DNA of 64,000 bases from contig NC_057758.1 of the NCBI RefSeq assembly GCF_004010195.1, positions 8,984,452 to 9,048,451 of the forward strand, read 5' to 3'. Below, in pieces: positions 1 to 12,317 of the stretch; position 1 is the first letter of the stretch; the number at the start of each line of letters is the position of its first letter. The position numbers and the translations under genes are program-made. Below the pieces are notes generated by a model. The model was not told where the DNA came from. It saw only the letters and a program-made list of their open reading frames with translations, and did not search any database. This DNA is from Chiloscyllium plagiosum. Its lineage: Eukaryota.

Positions 1-300
1 CACTCGCACATTTTCTCTCTCGATATCTGACACACACACTCTCTTACACACACACACTTATATTCTCACTCCCTCTGTCTCACACACCCTTGCACATTGT
101 CTCTCGATCTGTGACACACACTCACACGTTCACTCACATTCTCTTTGTCGATCTCTGACACACACACACTCTCTCACACACACATATGCTCTCACTCTCT
201 TTCTCTCTCTCACACATATATTCTCTCTCTCTCTCTCTCTCTTACACGCACACACTCACACTCTCTCTATCAGACATACACACAGACTCACACGCACACA
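1..300. repeat. Low-complexity (CA)n/(CT)n microsatellite mosaic
   Basis: Alternating cacaca and ctctct tracts; ORF 145..360 is an artefact of this composition. Confidence 0.95.
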
Positions 301-904
301 CGCGCTTTGTCTGCAGATACTTTCGAGCATAAAATCAGCATGATTAACAAGGAATGGTGAACTATCAAGGGAGCGGTTTGCCTTTGTTGCATTTCCTTCA
401 TGGGGAGTCGACCAACTCTCACACTATCTTAACCCACAACAAAAACCCATTCTTTTTTTTGGGGGGTGGGGGGCCAAATGCCGAGAAGTTACTTACACCT
501 TGCGGTTACTATTAGTGATTAGAAATAAACAAATTGAATATCCATGTCTGTGATTCGACAGCACATCTCCCAAAAGTTGAAGAGAGACACATGAGTAGAT
601 ATGTAATCAAATGCAGATATGTGTGAGAGGATTAAATTGCAGTTGGGGAGCATTTCAGCATTGCTGACATAAAGAGAGAGTGCATTCATGGGAAAGGATT
701 CAATGGGGGCAAGATTTAATGTAAATCCAGGAGACGTTTAATGCAAATACATAGATCGTCCTACGAGGAATGTGATAGAGTTCCAGGTAGCTGTAGGGAC
801 GAACACCAGTCAAGAGTTTGATTTTTTTTTTGTGGATCAGCATATTGAGGATAGTGACGATAACTCAGTAAGTTCCAAATTCATTCTTGAAATGGCTATG
901 AATA

Positions 905-2857
905 GATGCAATGACAGACTGACTGACTGGCAGACGTAATTAATGCACTGACGGAATGAATGAGTAGACGCACAGACCGAATGGCATGCTGAATGAAGGC
1001 ACAGACTGAGAGACTGACTGAATTAATGCACAGACTTAATAACCGACTGAATGGACGCACCAGCTGATTGACTGACTAAATGGATGTACTGACGGAGCGA
1101 ATGGACGCTCTGGCCTACTGACTGAATGACTGAATAAAGGCACTGACTAATTGAATGTATGCACTTGCAGACTGACTGCCTAACTGACTTAATAAACGCA
1201 CTGAGTTAATGAGTGAATGGACTCTGACGAACTGACAGAATGAACGGACTGACAGTCGTACTGACTGACTGGAAGCACTGACTGTCTGACTGATGACGAG
1301 ACGCCGAGACGCCCTGACTGATTGATTGTATGAATGCATGCACTCATGGACTGACTTGACGCAATGAATGTCATAGTGTATATGCAGTCACTGACTGTAT
1401 TGACGTACTGAATTATGGACTGACCGAATGGGTGCATTGAATCAATGACTGACTGACTCAATGAAAGCACAGACTAACCGACTGACTGGACACACTGACT
1501 GTCGATCTGACGAACTGACTGAATGGACACAACGAGAGACTGACTGACGGACTTAATAAATGCACTGACCAAATAGCAGACTGAATGAAGTCTCTAACCG
1601 ATTAACTGACAGAAATAACGCACTGACTCAATGACTCACTAACTTAGTGGGCAGACTGACAGAGTGACTGACTTAATGGTCATACTACTGACTGACTGAA
1701 GGAATGCGCGCCCTAACTCAATAACTGATTGACTCATTGGGCACATGCACTCTCTGACTGACTGAATGGGTGCAATGAATAACTGACCACCTGAGCGGAT
1801 TCACTGACTGACGGCACAAATGTACTGACTGAATGGATGAATGAACGCACTAACAGACTGTCTGAATGACTAGCATAATTGACGTACTGACTGAATGACT
1901 GAGTGAATGGACGCTGACTAAATTAAAGGACTGACAGTCGTATTAACTGCCTGGACGCACTGATGGTCTGAATGATGACGAGATGCCCTGACTGATTGAT
2001 TGAATGAATGGACGCACTGAGTGAACAAACGATCTGAATGGCTGACTGACTGAGTGAACACAGTGACTGGCTGAATGATCGCACTGATTAGCTTATTGAA
2101 TGAACGCACTAACTGACTGAATGACTGAATTGACGCACTGACTGCAGGCACTGGTTGCCGAACTGGACACATTGTCTCATTGACTGAGTGAATGGAAGCA
2201 CTGAATGAATGCACACTCTTACTGACTAACTGCCTGTCTAGATGCAGTGATTAACTGAATGATCACAATGTTTGGCTTATTAAATGAATGCACTAACTGA
2301 TTGACTGGTTAAATGGGCGCACTGACTGACTAACACAATGGACGCACTGAGTGTGTAAATGGACGCTCTGTATTACTGACTGACAGAATGAACCCACTCA
2401 CTGACTAAATAGAGGTACTGTTGAGTGACTGACGGAATGGTCGCATTGACTGAGTGAACGCACGCTCTGACTGACTGAATGGATGCACTTACTGACTGAC
2501 ACACTTAACGGACTCACTAACTAAGTGCCGGACTGAATGTACATACTGACTGAATGGTCACACTGAATGACTGACTGCACACACTGACAGACTGACTGGA
2601 CATACTGTTTCAAGAAATTGCTGAACGAACACACTGACTGACTGAATTGACTCACTAACTTAATGTACACTCTGAGCGATCAACAGAATGGATGCATTGA
2701 CTGACAGAATGATCGCAGAGATTTGCTTATTGAGTGAATGCACTAACTGATTAACTGACTGACTGCATTCACGAAGTAAATCGACACTCTGACTGCCCGA
2801 CTGACTGAATTGACCCATTCACTTACAGATTGATTGACTGACTGAATGAACACACTG
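905..2857. repeat. Degenerate (GACT)n/GAATG simple satellite, left part
   Basis: Recurring gactgactgaatggacgcact-type units over ~2 kb. Confidence 0.95.
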
Positions 2858-3050
2858 TGTTGAAGAAATGATCAAAATTGACACGAAGCAGGTAGAAGCC
2901 ATTTTGTAACAAAACAATTTTTACTGGAAGGTTTTTCGCCTGGTCGTGTAGTATGAGAACAATCCTGGTCTGATAAGACTGATCTTGCAGCTGCAAAGTA
3001 TATTTGCTCTTCAGGTCCGTTAGCTCTATTCGAGAGAATGAATTTTCTCT
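2858..3050 (+). repeat. Partial 5' LTR of the ERV
   Basis: tgttgaagaaatgatcaaaattgacac...cttgcagctgcaa aligns with the start of the 3' LTR (13768-~13960); 53/67 identities over the first 67 nt by hand count; similarity is lost after ~190 bp. Confidence 0.75.
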
Positions 3051-3870
3051 TAAAACGTTTTTCATATGTGTCATTTGATCTTAGTATAATGAACATGCAT
3101 TCATTCTTCAGGCAGCTATGTTTCTGAGTTAATATTAAGCATTAAGTTGCAAAACTCAATACGATTCCACTCGATTTTCATACTTCACGTTGGTGAAGAA
3201 ACCTCCGGTGATAGAATGCTGCACTAACAGACTATATTCTTTCTTTATTCAGTTGTTAAATGAGGGTATCGCTGGCGATGCTAGCAAATATTTCCTAGAC
3301 GACAATTAGAAGTCAACCACCTTGCTGTGGGTCTGGAGTCACATGTAGGCCGGACTAGGTAAGAATAGTAAATTATTTCCCTTAAGAACATCGATGAATC
3401 AGATGAGATTTTACCTGACAATTGCCAATAGATTCATGTTCGTTATTAGTCTCTTAATTTCAGACATTTTTCTAACTGTGTTTAAATTCCATTATCTGAT
3501 GCGCAAGGATTCAAACCCCGGATCCACGCAGCATTGTGTCGTCCTGCAGCTTATCTATCCAGCAAAAATACCACGATGCCGTTGGCTGCACCTGAATATT
3601 GAAGTTGTCACGAGTAGGATTTTTAAATGTGTGCTGAAATATTGAATATGCATATCAGAACAGCTCAACAGATAGTAACTGATTATTATAAACTAATCCT
3701 GCCTGGAAAGGATTTGGGCGAAAATGTGGTGAAAAATCACGATATTATTCTAGTTGTGATCTCCCTCATAAAACACTGAAACTAAATGCTTGACGATGAA
3801 TGAATTAATTTAATTCACCTCTGGAACTCACTTCTTGTTCATATTTTAGAATCCCCACTGTTACAGCGAC
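3050..3870 (-). pseudogene. Possible decayed US22-like ORF, split by a SINE
   Basis: Minus-strand fragments ELNxFIHRQ...VYNNQLLSVELF and LLVQHSITGGFFTNVKYENRVE; weak motif resemblance only. Confidence 0.25.
3240..3590 (-). mobile_element. tRNA-derived SINE (SacSINE1/DeuSINE-like)
   Basis: Shark SINE body gtcaaccac..tgctgtgggtctggagtcacatgtaggcc; reverse B-box-like ggattcaaaccc near 3507. Confidence 0.75.
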
Positions 3871-3879
3871 ACAGGTTCT

Positions 3880-5160
3880 CAGAGTCATACAGCAGAAAAA
3901 CAGAGACTTCGATCCAACACATCTACACTGGCAATAGTCATAAACAAAATTAAAACGACTTGGATCTGCTCGGCTCATGTGTCTTTGAACCTTTCCTGTT
4001 CATGAAGCTGTCTAAACGTCTTTTGAATGATTTAAATCTGCCTATCTTTTCCATTTCCTCTGGCAGACCAGTCCATATGCTACCACCTTCTATATCAAAA
4101 CATTGCCCCTCATGTCCCTGTACAGCATTTCTCATTTCACCTTAAATACATGCCCCCTAGTTTTCAATTCCCCCGCCCGAGAGAAAATGCCTTTGCTATT
4201 CAACATATCTGTACGTCTCACGATGTTATAAGCCTCTAAATTGCCACCAATCAATCGTCTACCGGCCATTGATAAAAATATCAGACTATCCAGCCTGTAG
4301 TAACTTAAAAGCCTTCAGTCCCAGTAACAGCCTAGTGAATATTTTCTGAATCCTTTCCAATTAAATAATACCCTTCAAATAACAGAGCGACCACACGCAC
4401 AATATGCCAAACGTGGCATTACTAAGGTCGTGTACAACCACAAAATGAAATCCCACTCCCATACTCAATGGCATGAGCACGGCAGACAAACGTGATTATA
4501 CCATTATTAATCACCCAGACTACTTGTGATGCAACTTTCAAAGAACGATGTGAAAGAAGCCCCAGGTCCCTGCAAATATCTTTCAATCCAGCCGGTCTTC
4601 CTTTTAGCTAAATGCAATATCTGGCATTTTTCAAATTGAATTCCATCTTGACAAAATGTTTTCTAACGTACATGTAAATAATGTGCAGCATTCTGTCTTC
4701 ATCTATCTTTTGGCTTCCGTCCTTAAACAATTCAATTAAAGTTGTGAGTCACGATTTCCGACGTACAAAGCCATGCTTACCATCCATAATATGTACGTGC
4801 TACTAGAAATATGTATAAATTCTATCTCTCCACATCCCCTCCAATAACATACCCATCACTCTTGTCAAACTCATCGATCTATAGTTCCCAAGCTTCTCCT
4901 TTGCACTTTTCTTCAATAAAGACAAAATATTAGCCACCCTCCAGTCACTTGGAAACTTATCCGCATCTCTCCACATCCCCTCCAATAACATACCCATCAC
5001 TCTTGTCAAACTCATCGATCTATAGTTCCCAAGCTTCTCCTTTGCACTTTTCTTCAATAAAGACAAAATATTAGCCACCCTCCAGTCACTTGGAAACTTA
5101 TCCGCAGCTGTAGATGATGTGAACATTTCTGCAGGGGCCTCCCTGAATTCTTCCCGAGCT
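3880..5160 (-). mobile_element. CR1 LINE fragments (RT and 3' end)
   Basis: DWRVANI..L.KK..KEK.GNYR.MSLT and FKRRLDSFMNRKG motifs. Confidence 0.9.
4824..5105. repeat. Exact 141-bp tandem duplication inside CR1
   Basis: 4824-4964 equals 4965-5105; appears as a doubled 47-aa block in ORF 4803..5126. Confidence 0.95.
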
Positions 5161-5162
5161 CG

Positions 5163-6019
5163 TGTAATGAGTCTACCAATTTAGAAAGTTAGTTTTGTCC
5201 CTGTTTTGTTTGAGAGTTCTTAAAGGCAAAGGTGCCGCGGAGAGTATAGTTTAATAATTGAATAGGTGTGGTCAGGTCTCATGGTTCAGGCTTTTTGTAG
5301 TTTGGTTTAGTTGTAGCAGTCACAAGATGTTGAGTACATAGGAGTCGCAAGCTTCTTTGAAGAATTCCTCTGACTTTCTTCTGAAGTATTTCTCTGGATA
5401 TTGTTCCTCCTGCCTGCAAGAATTTGTTTGAATTTAACCTTTTTACAAGAATTCTGTTCATGGAATGCTACTGTTTTGGAACAGTTAATTAGTACTTGTT
5501 ACTGTATTGGGTCGTTTAAGTTTTGCAACAGTGCAGTTATTCTAAATTCCTCTTTCTATTTTGTTCGTAATCCAACTGTCGTGCTTAAATGCATTTTATT
5601 TTGTTTAAAGCCAGGTAGTATGACCAGTTGCATACAGGTGGAAACACAACTCACGCCGGCTTTTAAAGTGACGAAACGTTAGTTTCGACACAATCTTCTT
5701 AAAATATATTCCAAATTGAAGGCGGTTGTCGGGATTGATTCTGTAATTCAGAATTTCAATTTGTGTTTGTTGGACTCAAAGATGGCGAGTGGTAGGTGTT
5801 GGTGTCTGTTGTTCCGGGTGTTGAATTCGGTTGGCTTAAACAGTGCTTTGTGATCTATTGTCCCTTTCAGTCGCTAAGAGTTTCCTGGGAGTGGAAGAAT
5901 GGGTTTCACAAAAGTTGCGCAACGGAAAGCTGTTGGAATTGGCAGCCAAGCTGGATTTGCACTTGCCTTCGTATGGACAAGATGGAGAGGTAATTGCAGG
6001 AATATTACAGGAGAATTGA
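5163..6019 (+). mobile_element. Gypsy-type LTR plus 5' end of gag (truncated)
   Basis: Starts TGTAATGA; T-rich LTR-like body; 5858-6019 reads LSLSVAKSFLGVEE...KLLELAAKLDLHLP...EVIAGI, recognised as a vertebrate Gypsy gag N-terminus. Confidence 0.7.
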
Positions 6020-6075
6020 CAGCTGCGCCCACGCCAGTTTGTCTTTGTGTGGTTTTATTCGTTCTCTTTTGCAGG

Positions 6076-6890
6076 TTATCGGCTCATGCGACGACGACTG
6101 ATGATCCGATGGCGTTGGTTATTTTCAAACGGCAGGTGGAAGGACTGCCCCTTATTCGCGCTGTCCTGTTCCAAAGGGCAGTCCGGGTCCTCTAGTTCTG
6201 TCCAGAAATACCCTGAAGCACCCAAGTAAATCCGTATCTCACAGGAATAAGGTAGGAGATACCATTGTCCTGCCAGGTCACCGGCCAATATTGTTGTAGA
6301 CATGACATAAAGATTGCTGCTTTGGTCTCGTCCAAAAAAAAAATCGAAATTCGGCCAGGGACAAAAGAAAGTGCTGTTGGTAATGCTGATACAACTCTTG
6401 CTCTACTGCCACAATATTCTCATGTGATTACACAACAGGGCCCGAGCGTGCGGATGAAAAGTGCTGTTGAAAGCATCTTAAGGTTTACAAAATTAATAAT
6501 AAAGAGTTTGTTTCACCAGGGTTATGAAATGTTTGATAAGCCCCAGATTCACTCTGAGGTCCGCAGCGAACTTCAAGATGCCCCGATCCATTCAAATGCC
6601 CAACATTATTTTTAATTGGTCGTGCAAATCTGTAGTAATTATCGTTGCTTGCTTCAGGATGGCCATGTTTCCCTCGATTTGGCATACGGGACACATTGGG
6701 TATCTATTCAGGACTCCATTGAATTTCCCCCGGGTTGCAGACTAATGTAGGGGCACGAACTACTTGCTTTGAAAATGTTGTTAAAATTGCAAATGGAACG
6801 GCTGTGAAGTATTTTGATTTTTCCAACGTGGTTAAGCAGCTATGTTTCACAGCCAAGATTTATGCGGCTAAACTACCTAAGTTCGACTGT
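6076..6890 (-). pseudogene. Decayed US22/SUKH-like ORF, possibly two tandem domains
   Basis: One frame over 6696-6076 with only 4 internal stops: MCPVCQ...LKIMLGI...FCPWPNFDFFFGRDQSSNLY...WYLLPYSCEIRIYLG...KGQSFHLPFENNQ; resembles the US22 pattern WP...LxhG...Y...FYLP...VLG. Confidence 0.5.
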
Positions 6891-7529
6891 TCTGGAATGT
6901 GAGTGCCTCATGGGCCTTACAAGCAAGGAATAAACAAAATCTGAAAACTGAGATATGAGTGAAGTTGGAAAATGTTCATGTGTGCGTGTGAGCGGGAGGG
7001 AGAGAGAGAGAGAAAGAGAGACTGACTCAGCTGTGATTCCTTGCATTTTGCAGAAAAGTTAACCCTTTGTGATTTGGTTTGAATGCACATTTGCTCGTTG
7101 GTAACTGAATTTTTGTGTTTTGTAGCCTCGAGTTGAGATCCAGGAGTGTTTTGAATTTGAAATGCATTTTGGTAATTTTAGATGATATCTTTTAAGTGTA
7201 AAGAACCATCAGTGATTATGAAATGAAGTATTATTTCCCCACTCACTGTGTTTTTACAGGTCATGATTGTCCTACTGTCAATTTCTAACTAATCACTTTC
7301 ATGCTTACATGAAAGCAATTCTTATTTCAATTGAAATCAGTTTAATGTGGTGGAAGACGTCATTACAGTTTTGTTTTAAACAAAAAGAATTCTCCTGAGA
7401 TTCTGACCATTTGATATCAGTATAGACTTGGTGTCAATTTCCCTATATTTTCATGCGACTGCCAAAGACCAGTTTCACCCCTCCCACCCCTACATGTTGG
7501 ATAAATGAAGGAACGGACTAAAGGAATTA

Positions 7530-8056
7530 AAGTAGTCGCACCAAAAATCGTGAACTCTGGCGCAGAATCATTCTGTTCCATGATGAGAACAGATCGCTGC
7601 TTAATTTTAATAAAAATCTAAACCAACCATTGAGGAAAATCACTTCAGACTTTAACATTTGATCATTTAGTCGAGGAATTGCATGAACTTCCTTTCAATT
7701 GCTTAAATATTGTAAAACTTTGAGTATAAAGATAGATCCAAAATATCCCGAACCAACAGTAGTGTTTTCAGAAAATGATACTAGCATGTTTAATTTTTGT
7801 TTAAGACTCGTTTGGTTCCATTTAATTTCAAGATTGCTGCATCTCATTGGTGATTATGAAGTACCAGTCATGGCTTTACTCTTTCTCAATTTCTCTCCGT
7901 CACTGACAATTTCAATCTTATGTTCTGATAAATCATGTTACCAAATCAATATCCTATGGTTCATATCTGTGTCTTTGGATTCGGCCGTCATTTATGTATT
8001 CGAAGTATTTTGTTATCATGTGAGTGGACAAGATCTTTTAATGCTGCTGCAGTCAT
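7530..8056 (-). pseudogene. Decayed US22-like ORF
   Basis: MTAAALKDLVHSHDNKILRIHK*RPNPKTQI*TIGY*FGNMIY then, after a frameshift, VGSGYFGSIFIL...KEVHAI. Confidence 0.45.
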
Positions 8057-8692
8057 TTCACGGCCTATAGCATTGTAAATGAACAATGATTGTCAGGACT
8101 ACTTATGGAACTAATTTGGCATTTTAAATGAGGGACTCGAACCAAGCAATTATAATCGATTTCAGAGTTGTTAACTGTGTACATGTTAAAGTTGAGTTTT
8201 GAATAAATAATTTCCAGTTTATATTCTACTTGTTCAGTTTCCACCTTTGAATTACAGATAATGATTATTTTGTTATTGTTTTTAATAACCAATTGTACTA
8301 GCCCTGACTCTCAAAATGAGATTTAATTGGCAGGACAGATTGGTTTTATTCCTGTACACATTGTTAGTGACCTGTGCCATTGCCTCATGGTTAATTTGAA
8401 GCAGGGTTGCATTAATCTATTGCTAATTAAATATTGGAAAAATACCTTAATGGCCAGTTGAAGGCATGTGATTGTGGCATGGAGATATGTACAGCAGATG
8501 GAAATCTCAAAAGCTGAGAGGTGTTCATCGATGACTGTGGATGGGTAGATGGAAAACAAAGGAAGCACGAGAAATAGTGTAAGGTCACAAAGGCAGAGGA
8601 ATATGCAAAAAGAGTTCAAGCAACAACACTGTTAAATAAAGAACGTACTGTTTACTCGGAATCCCGAGCCGACGTCTGGCATACCGACCCTA

Positions 8693-11270
8693 TTGGAGAA
8701 TGGGGATGCCACTAATCGGAATGAGGGATGGGAATTTTATTCCAAGATACCCAATAAGCCCCGAACATCTCCTGATTGTCCCCAACACATTCCTCATGAC
8801 AAACCTTTCCTTCTTTTGAAAATGAAGCATCCAGACTTCATAGCCGATGTTATGAGGATGATCGGCCTGAGCCATCCTAATCCACGGGAAATCCCGGGAA
8901 TCAGAGTAATGTTAATGAAGCATGACCCTGACTGCAAGATCAAATCGATCTAATTTGCTCAATACGTCGGAAGGATGATACAGATGTAAAGGCAGCAAAA
9001 TTCAGGGAGTGGACTGAGTACCTGTCAGGCGTGTGAGGGAGCCGTGGTTTAATAAGGAATTGGAATCCCTTGTTAAAGGGAAGAGGGTGGCCTATTTAAA
9101 GATGAGGCGTGAAGGTTCAATTGGGGCGACTGAGAGTTATAAGGTAGCCAGGAAGGATCTGAAGAGAGAGCTAAGAGCAGCAAGGTGGGGACATGAAAAG
9201 TCCTTAGTTGGTAGGATTAGGGAAAACCCTAAGGCTTTCTTTAGGTATATCAGGAATAAAAGAATGACTGGGTAAGAATATTTCCAGTCAAGGATAGTAG
9301 TGGGAAGTTGCGTGTGGAGGCTGAAGAGATTGTGGAGACACTGAATGAATGTTTTTCGTCAGTATTCACTCAGGAACAGGACATTGTTGCCGATGTGAAT
9401 ACTGAGTCACAATTAATTAGAATGGATAGCTTAGAGGTATGTAGGGAAAAAGGTGTTGGAAATGCTGGAAAGGGTGAAAATAGATAAGTTCCCTCGGCCC
9501 GATGGCATTTATCCTAGGATTCTCTGGGAAGCAAGGGATGAGATGCCTCACAAACCTTATTGAATTCTTTGAGAAGGTGATTAAGGAGGTAGACGAGGGT
9601 AGAGCGGTAGATGTGGTGTATATGGATTTTAGTAAGGCGTTTGATAAGGTTCCCCATGGTAGGCTACTGCAAGAAATACGGAGGTATGGCATTGAGGGTG
9701 AGTTGGAGGTTTGGATTCGGGATTTGCTGGCTGTAAGAAGACAGAGGGTAGTAGTTGATGGTAAAGGTTCATCTTGGAGTGCAGTTACTAGCGGCGTTCG
9801 GCAAGGATCTGTTTTGGGTCTATTGCTGTTTGTCATTTTTATAAATGACCTGGAGGAAGGGGTTAGAAGGTTGGGTGAGCAAGTTTGCGGATGATACGAA
9901 AGTCGGAGGAGTTGTTGACAGTGAGGAAGGATGTGGCAGGTTACAGCGGGATATAGATAAGCTGCAGAGCTGGGCAGAAAGGTGGCAAATGGAGTTCAAT
10001 GTAGGTAAGTGTGAAGTGAGTCACTTTGGTAAGAGTAACAAAAAGATGGGGTACTGTGCTAATGGTCGGATACTTGGTGGTGTGGATGAGCAGAGGGATC
10101 TTGGTGTCCATGTACACAGATCTCTGAACGTTGCCACCCGGGTAAATAGTGCGGTGAAGAAGGCATATGGTGTACTGGCTTTTATTGGTAGAGGAATTGA
10201 GTTTCGGAGTCCTGAGTTGATGTTACAGTTGTATGAGGCTCTGGTGCGGCCGCATCTGGAGTATTGTGTGCAGTTTTGGTCGCCAGACTATCGGAAGGAA
10301 GTGGAGGCACTGGATCGGGTGCAGAGGAGGTTTACCAGGATGTTGCCTTGTATGGTAGGAAGATCGTATGAGGAAAGGCTGAGGCACTTGGGGCTGTTTT
10401 CATTGGAGAAAAGAAGGTTTAGTGGTGACTTGATAGAGGTGTACAAGATGATTAGGTGTTTAGATAGGGTTGACCATGAGAACCTTTTTCCACGTATGGA
10501 GTCAGCTATTGCGAGGGGGCATAGATTTAAATTAAGGGGTGGTAGGTATACGATAGATGTTAGGGGTAGATTCTTTACTCAGCGACTCGTGAGTTAATGG
10601 AATGCCCTGCCAGTACTATGGTGGACTCTCCCTCTTTATGGGCATTTAAACGGACATTGGATAGGCATATGGAGGATAGTGGGCTAGTGTAGGTTAGGTG
10701 GGCTTGGCTCGGCGCAACATCGATGGCCAAATTAGCCTGTACTGCGCTGTATTTTTCTATGTTATATGTTCTATGAATGGCTTTTGCTATGAGACTGAAA
10801 TAAGCATCCATCTGTCTGACGGAAGTGGAATTCAACCAACAATTGAGAAACAACCGAGAATGCATCATCTTTGTTTAACACTGTGCTTTTGCAATGTATT
10901 CTTTCTGGTTTCGCCAACATGAACCAAACAATATGAGATAGTCCAGGATTTCTATTGGTTTGGCCAGTTCCCAAATGAAGCACGATGCTAGGTACAGGGA
11001 AAATTGATTCTATCCAGCACCCTTGCGATCCCAAATGCCGCGTGCCAATCCTGAAATTGTTGTTTGGGACCAGGATACCTACCTCAGATGCCCACTAGCG
11101 ACCACTGCTGAACAACCCTTTCCTGAGGCGACCCTGGATCTGGGAACAGACAGTCCCTTGTACTACATCTTTTGGACTAAGAACATGACCACAAAATCAC
11201 CCAATTACAATTGGCTGGCCCTTGCTTTAACTGTGGCAATATGGTCACTGGGGAGTGATGCATCCTTAAT
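8693..11270 (+). pseudogene. gag: ERV gag remnant split by a CR1 insertion
   Basis: Tentative matrix-like PFLLLKMKHPDF at 8693-8953; frameshifted CCHC knuckle GPCFNCG.YGHW at ~11217-11265. Confidence 0.65.
9026..10775 (+). mobile_element. 5'-truncated CR1 LINE with an internal deletion
   Basis: [26 protein letters not shown] and RPHLEYCVQFWSP motifs; (TTCTATG)n-like tail; deletion junction near 9540. Confidence 0.95.
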
Positions 11271-11394
11271 GTTCACTTGGATCTAACAGGGGGGTCGATA
11301 TGCTTGCGTTCAGAAGCAAAGGAAAACATGTCTGTCTCCACTGACTCTCGTTGTCCTTTTGATGTGATCCACCATTACAGAGCCTTGTGAGAAC

Positions 11395-12310
11395 ATTGAG
11401 ATTTTTAACCTCCACGGGCAGCCTATTCGCAATGATGCTTTGTTCAATCAATCTGGCAGTTATCAAGATGTTCGGCTCTCACTCAGGCAATTGATACAGT
11501 CTCCGAAAGAACGAGCAGACAGATGATGCTGCCAAGCAGGCAGACTTACATCCCAAACCGTTGGCCCCATTGGGTCGCCAGCAAACCCTTGATAGAGACA
11601 ATATGGGGACAGGTATGACAGATCTGGACAAGGTACAGAATGACTGAGATGCCCCTGGCTGAAGAGCATAAACTATGGCCTCAAATAGTGTAATCCCTCA
11701 ATACCCAAACCAACATGTGGGTGAACTGCACTGATCAAGCCGGTTTTCCTTCTTTGCTGCTGCGTATTTTAGTTGATTATGTGCATAATTGTATACTCTT
11801 GGGCAGGGAGGGAATGGTTATTGTTTTATTATAAACTTAGTGGTAACCAGATATTCAGAAATCAGCTAAGAAACGAACTGCTGCAATTTGTAAATAAACA
11901 AGACAAATGGACAAAAGGATGACCTGAGGTTGTTAGCGACTTCCTTGCCTGGTGGGCCTTATCTTTTACTTGTCTACAGCTTGCTTTTTATAGAATTATT
12001 TCGCATTCATTGTTCTGAATATTGTCTAATAATCGTAGACTTTTTTTGTAGAGACATGAGGACCATCCCAATGACTGATACCGCTGCCAATATAGTGGTG
12101 GGCACGTGGGAAATATTTCCATCAGTTAACCAAAACTCATCAAAGTTTACGTTCACAGGTACACCAAGCCTCAAAATTAGGAATGTGGCAAATGGAAGAT
12201 CCATTCCTGGTGTTGCTGGCCATCTGCACAGCGGTCAAGGTCAAGGAGAGGCCCAAATAGATACACGCGAAACAATGCAAAAGCGCACCACCAACTGGAG
12301 GAAAACCAGG
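11395..12310 (+). pseudogene. pol: ERV pol remnant: RNase H end and integrase; PR/RT not seen
   Basis: FLTS.GQPIRN, AVIKCSA.T, NEQTDDAAKQA (RNase H); FIELFR..SEYCLIIVDFF...TAANIVV (IN core); KWEDPFLVLLAICTAVKVKERPK*IHAKQCK (IN C-terminus). Confidence 0.85.
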
Positions 12311-12317
12311 AGTCCCC

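Noticed and set aside
905..2857. CRISPR array, or S/Q/V-rich ORFs on the minus strand
   Set aside because: Eukaryotic degenerate satellite with no constant repeat and unique spacers; ORFs reflect repeat composition
5899..6615. Plus-strand reading of the stop-poor region
   Set aside because: No recognisable motif; the minus frame shares motifs with other fragments in the window, though the plus reading is not formally excluded
8675..8695. Primer-binding site (tggcataccg)
   Set aside because: No identifiable U5/CA end just upstream and no tRNA 3' end that I can match confidently
9845..10597. Longest ORF (250 aa) as a host gene
   Set aside because: It is the CR1 ORF2 C-terminus of a truncated, internally deleted copy
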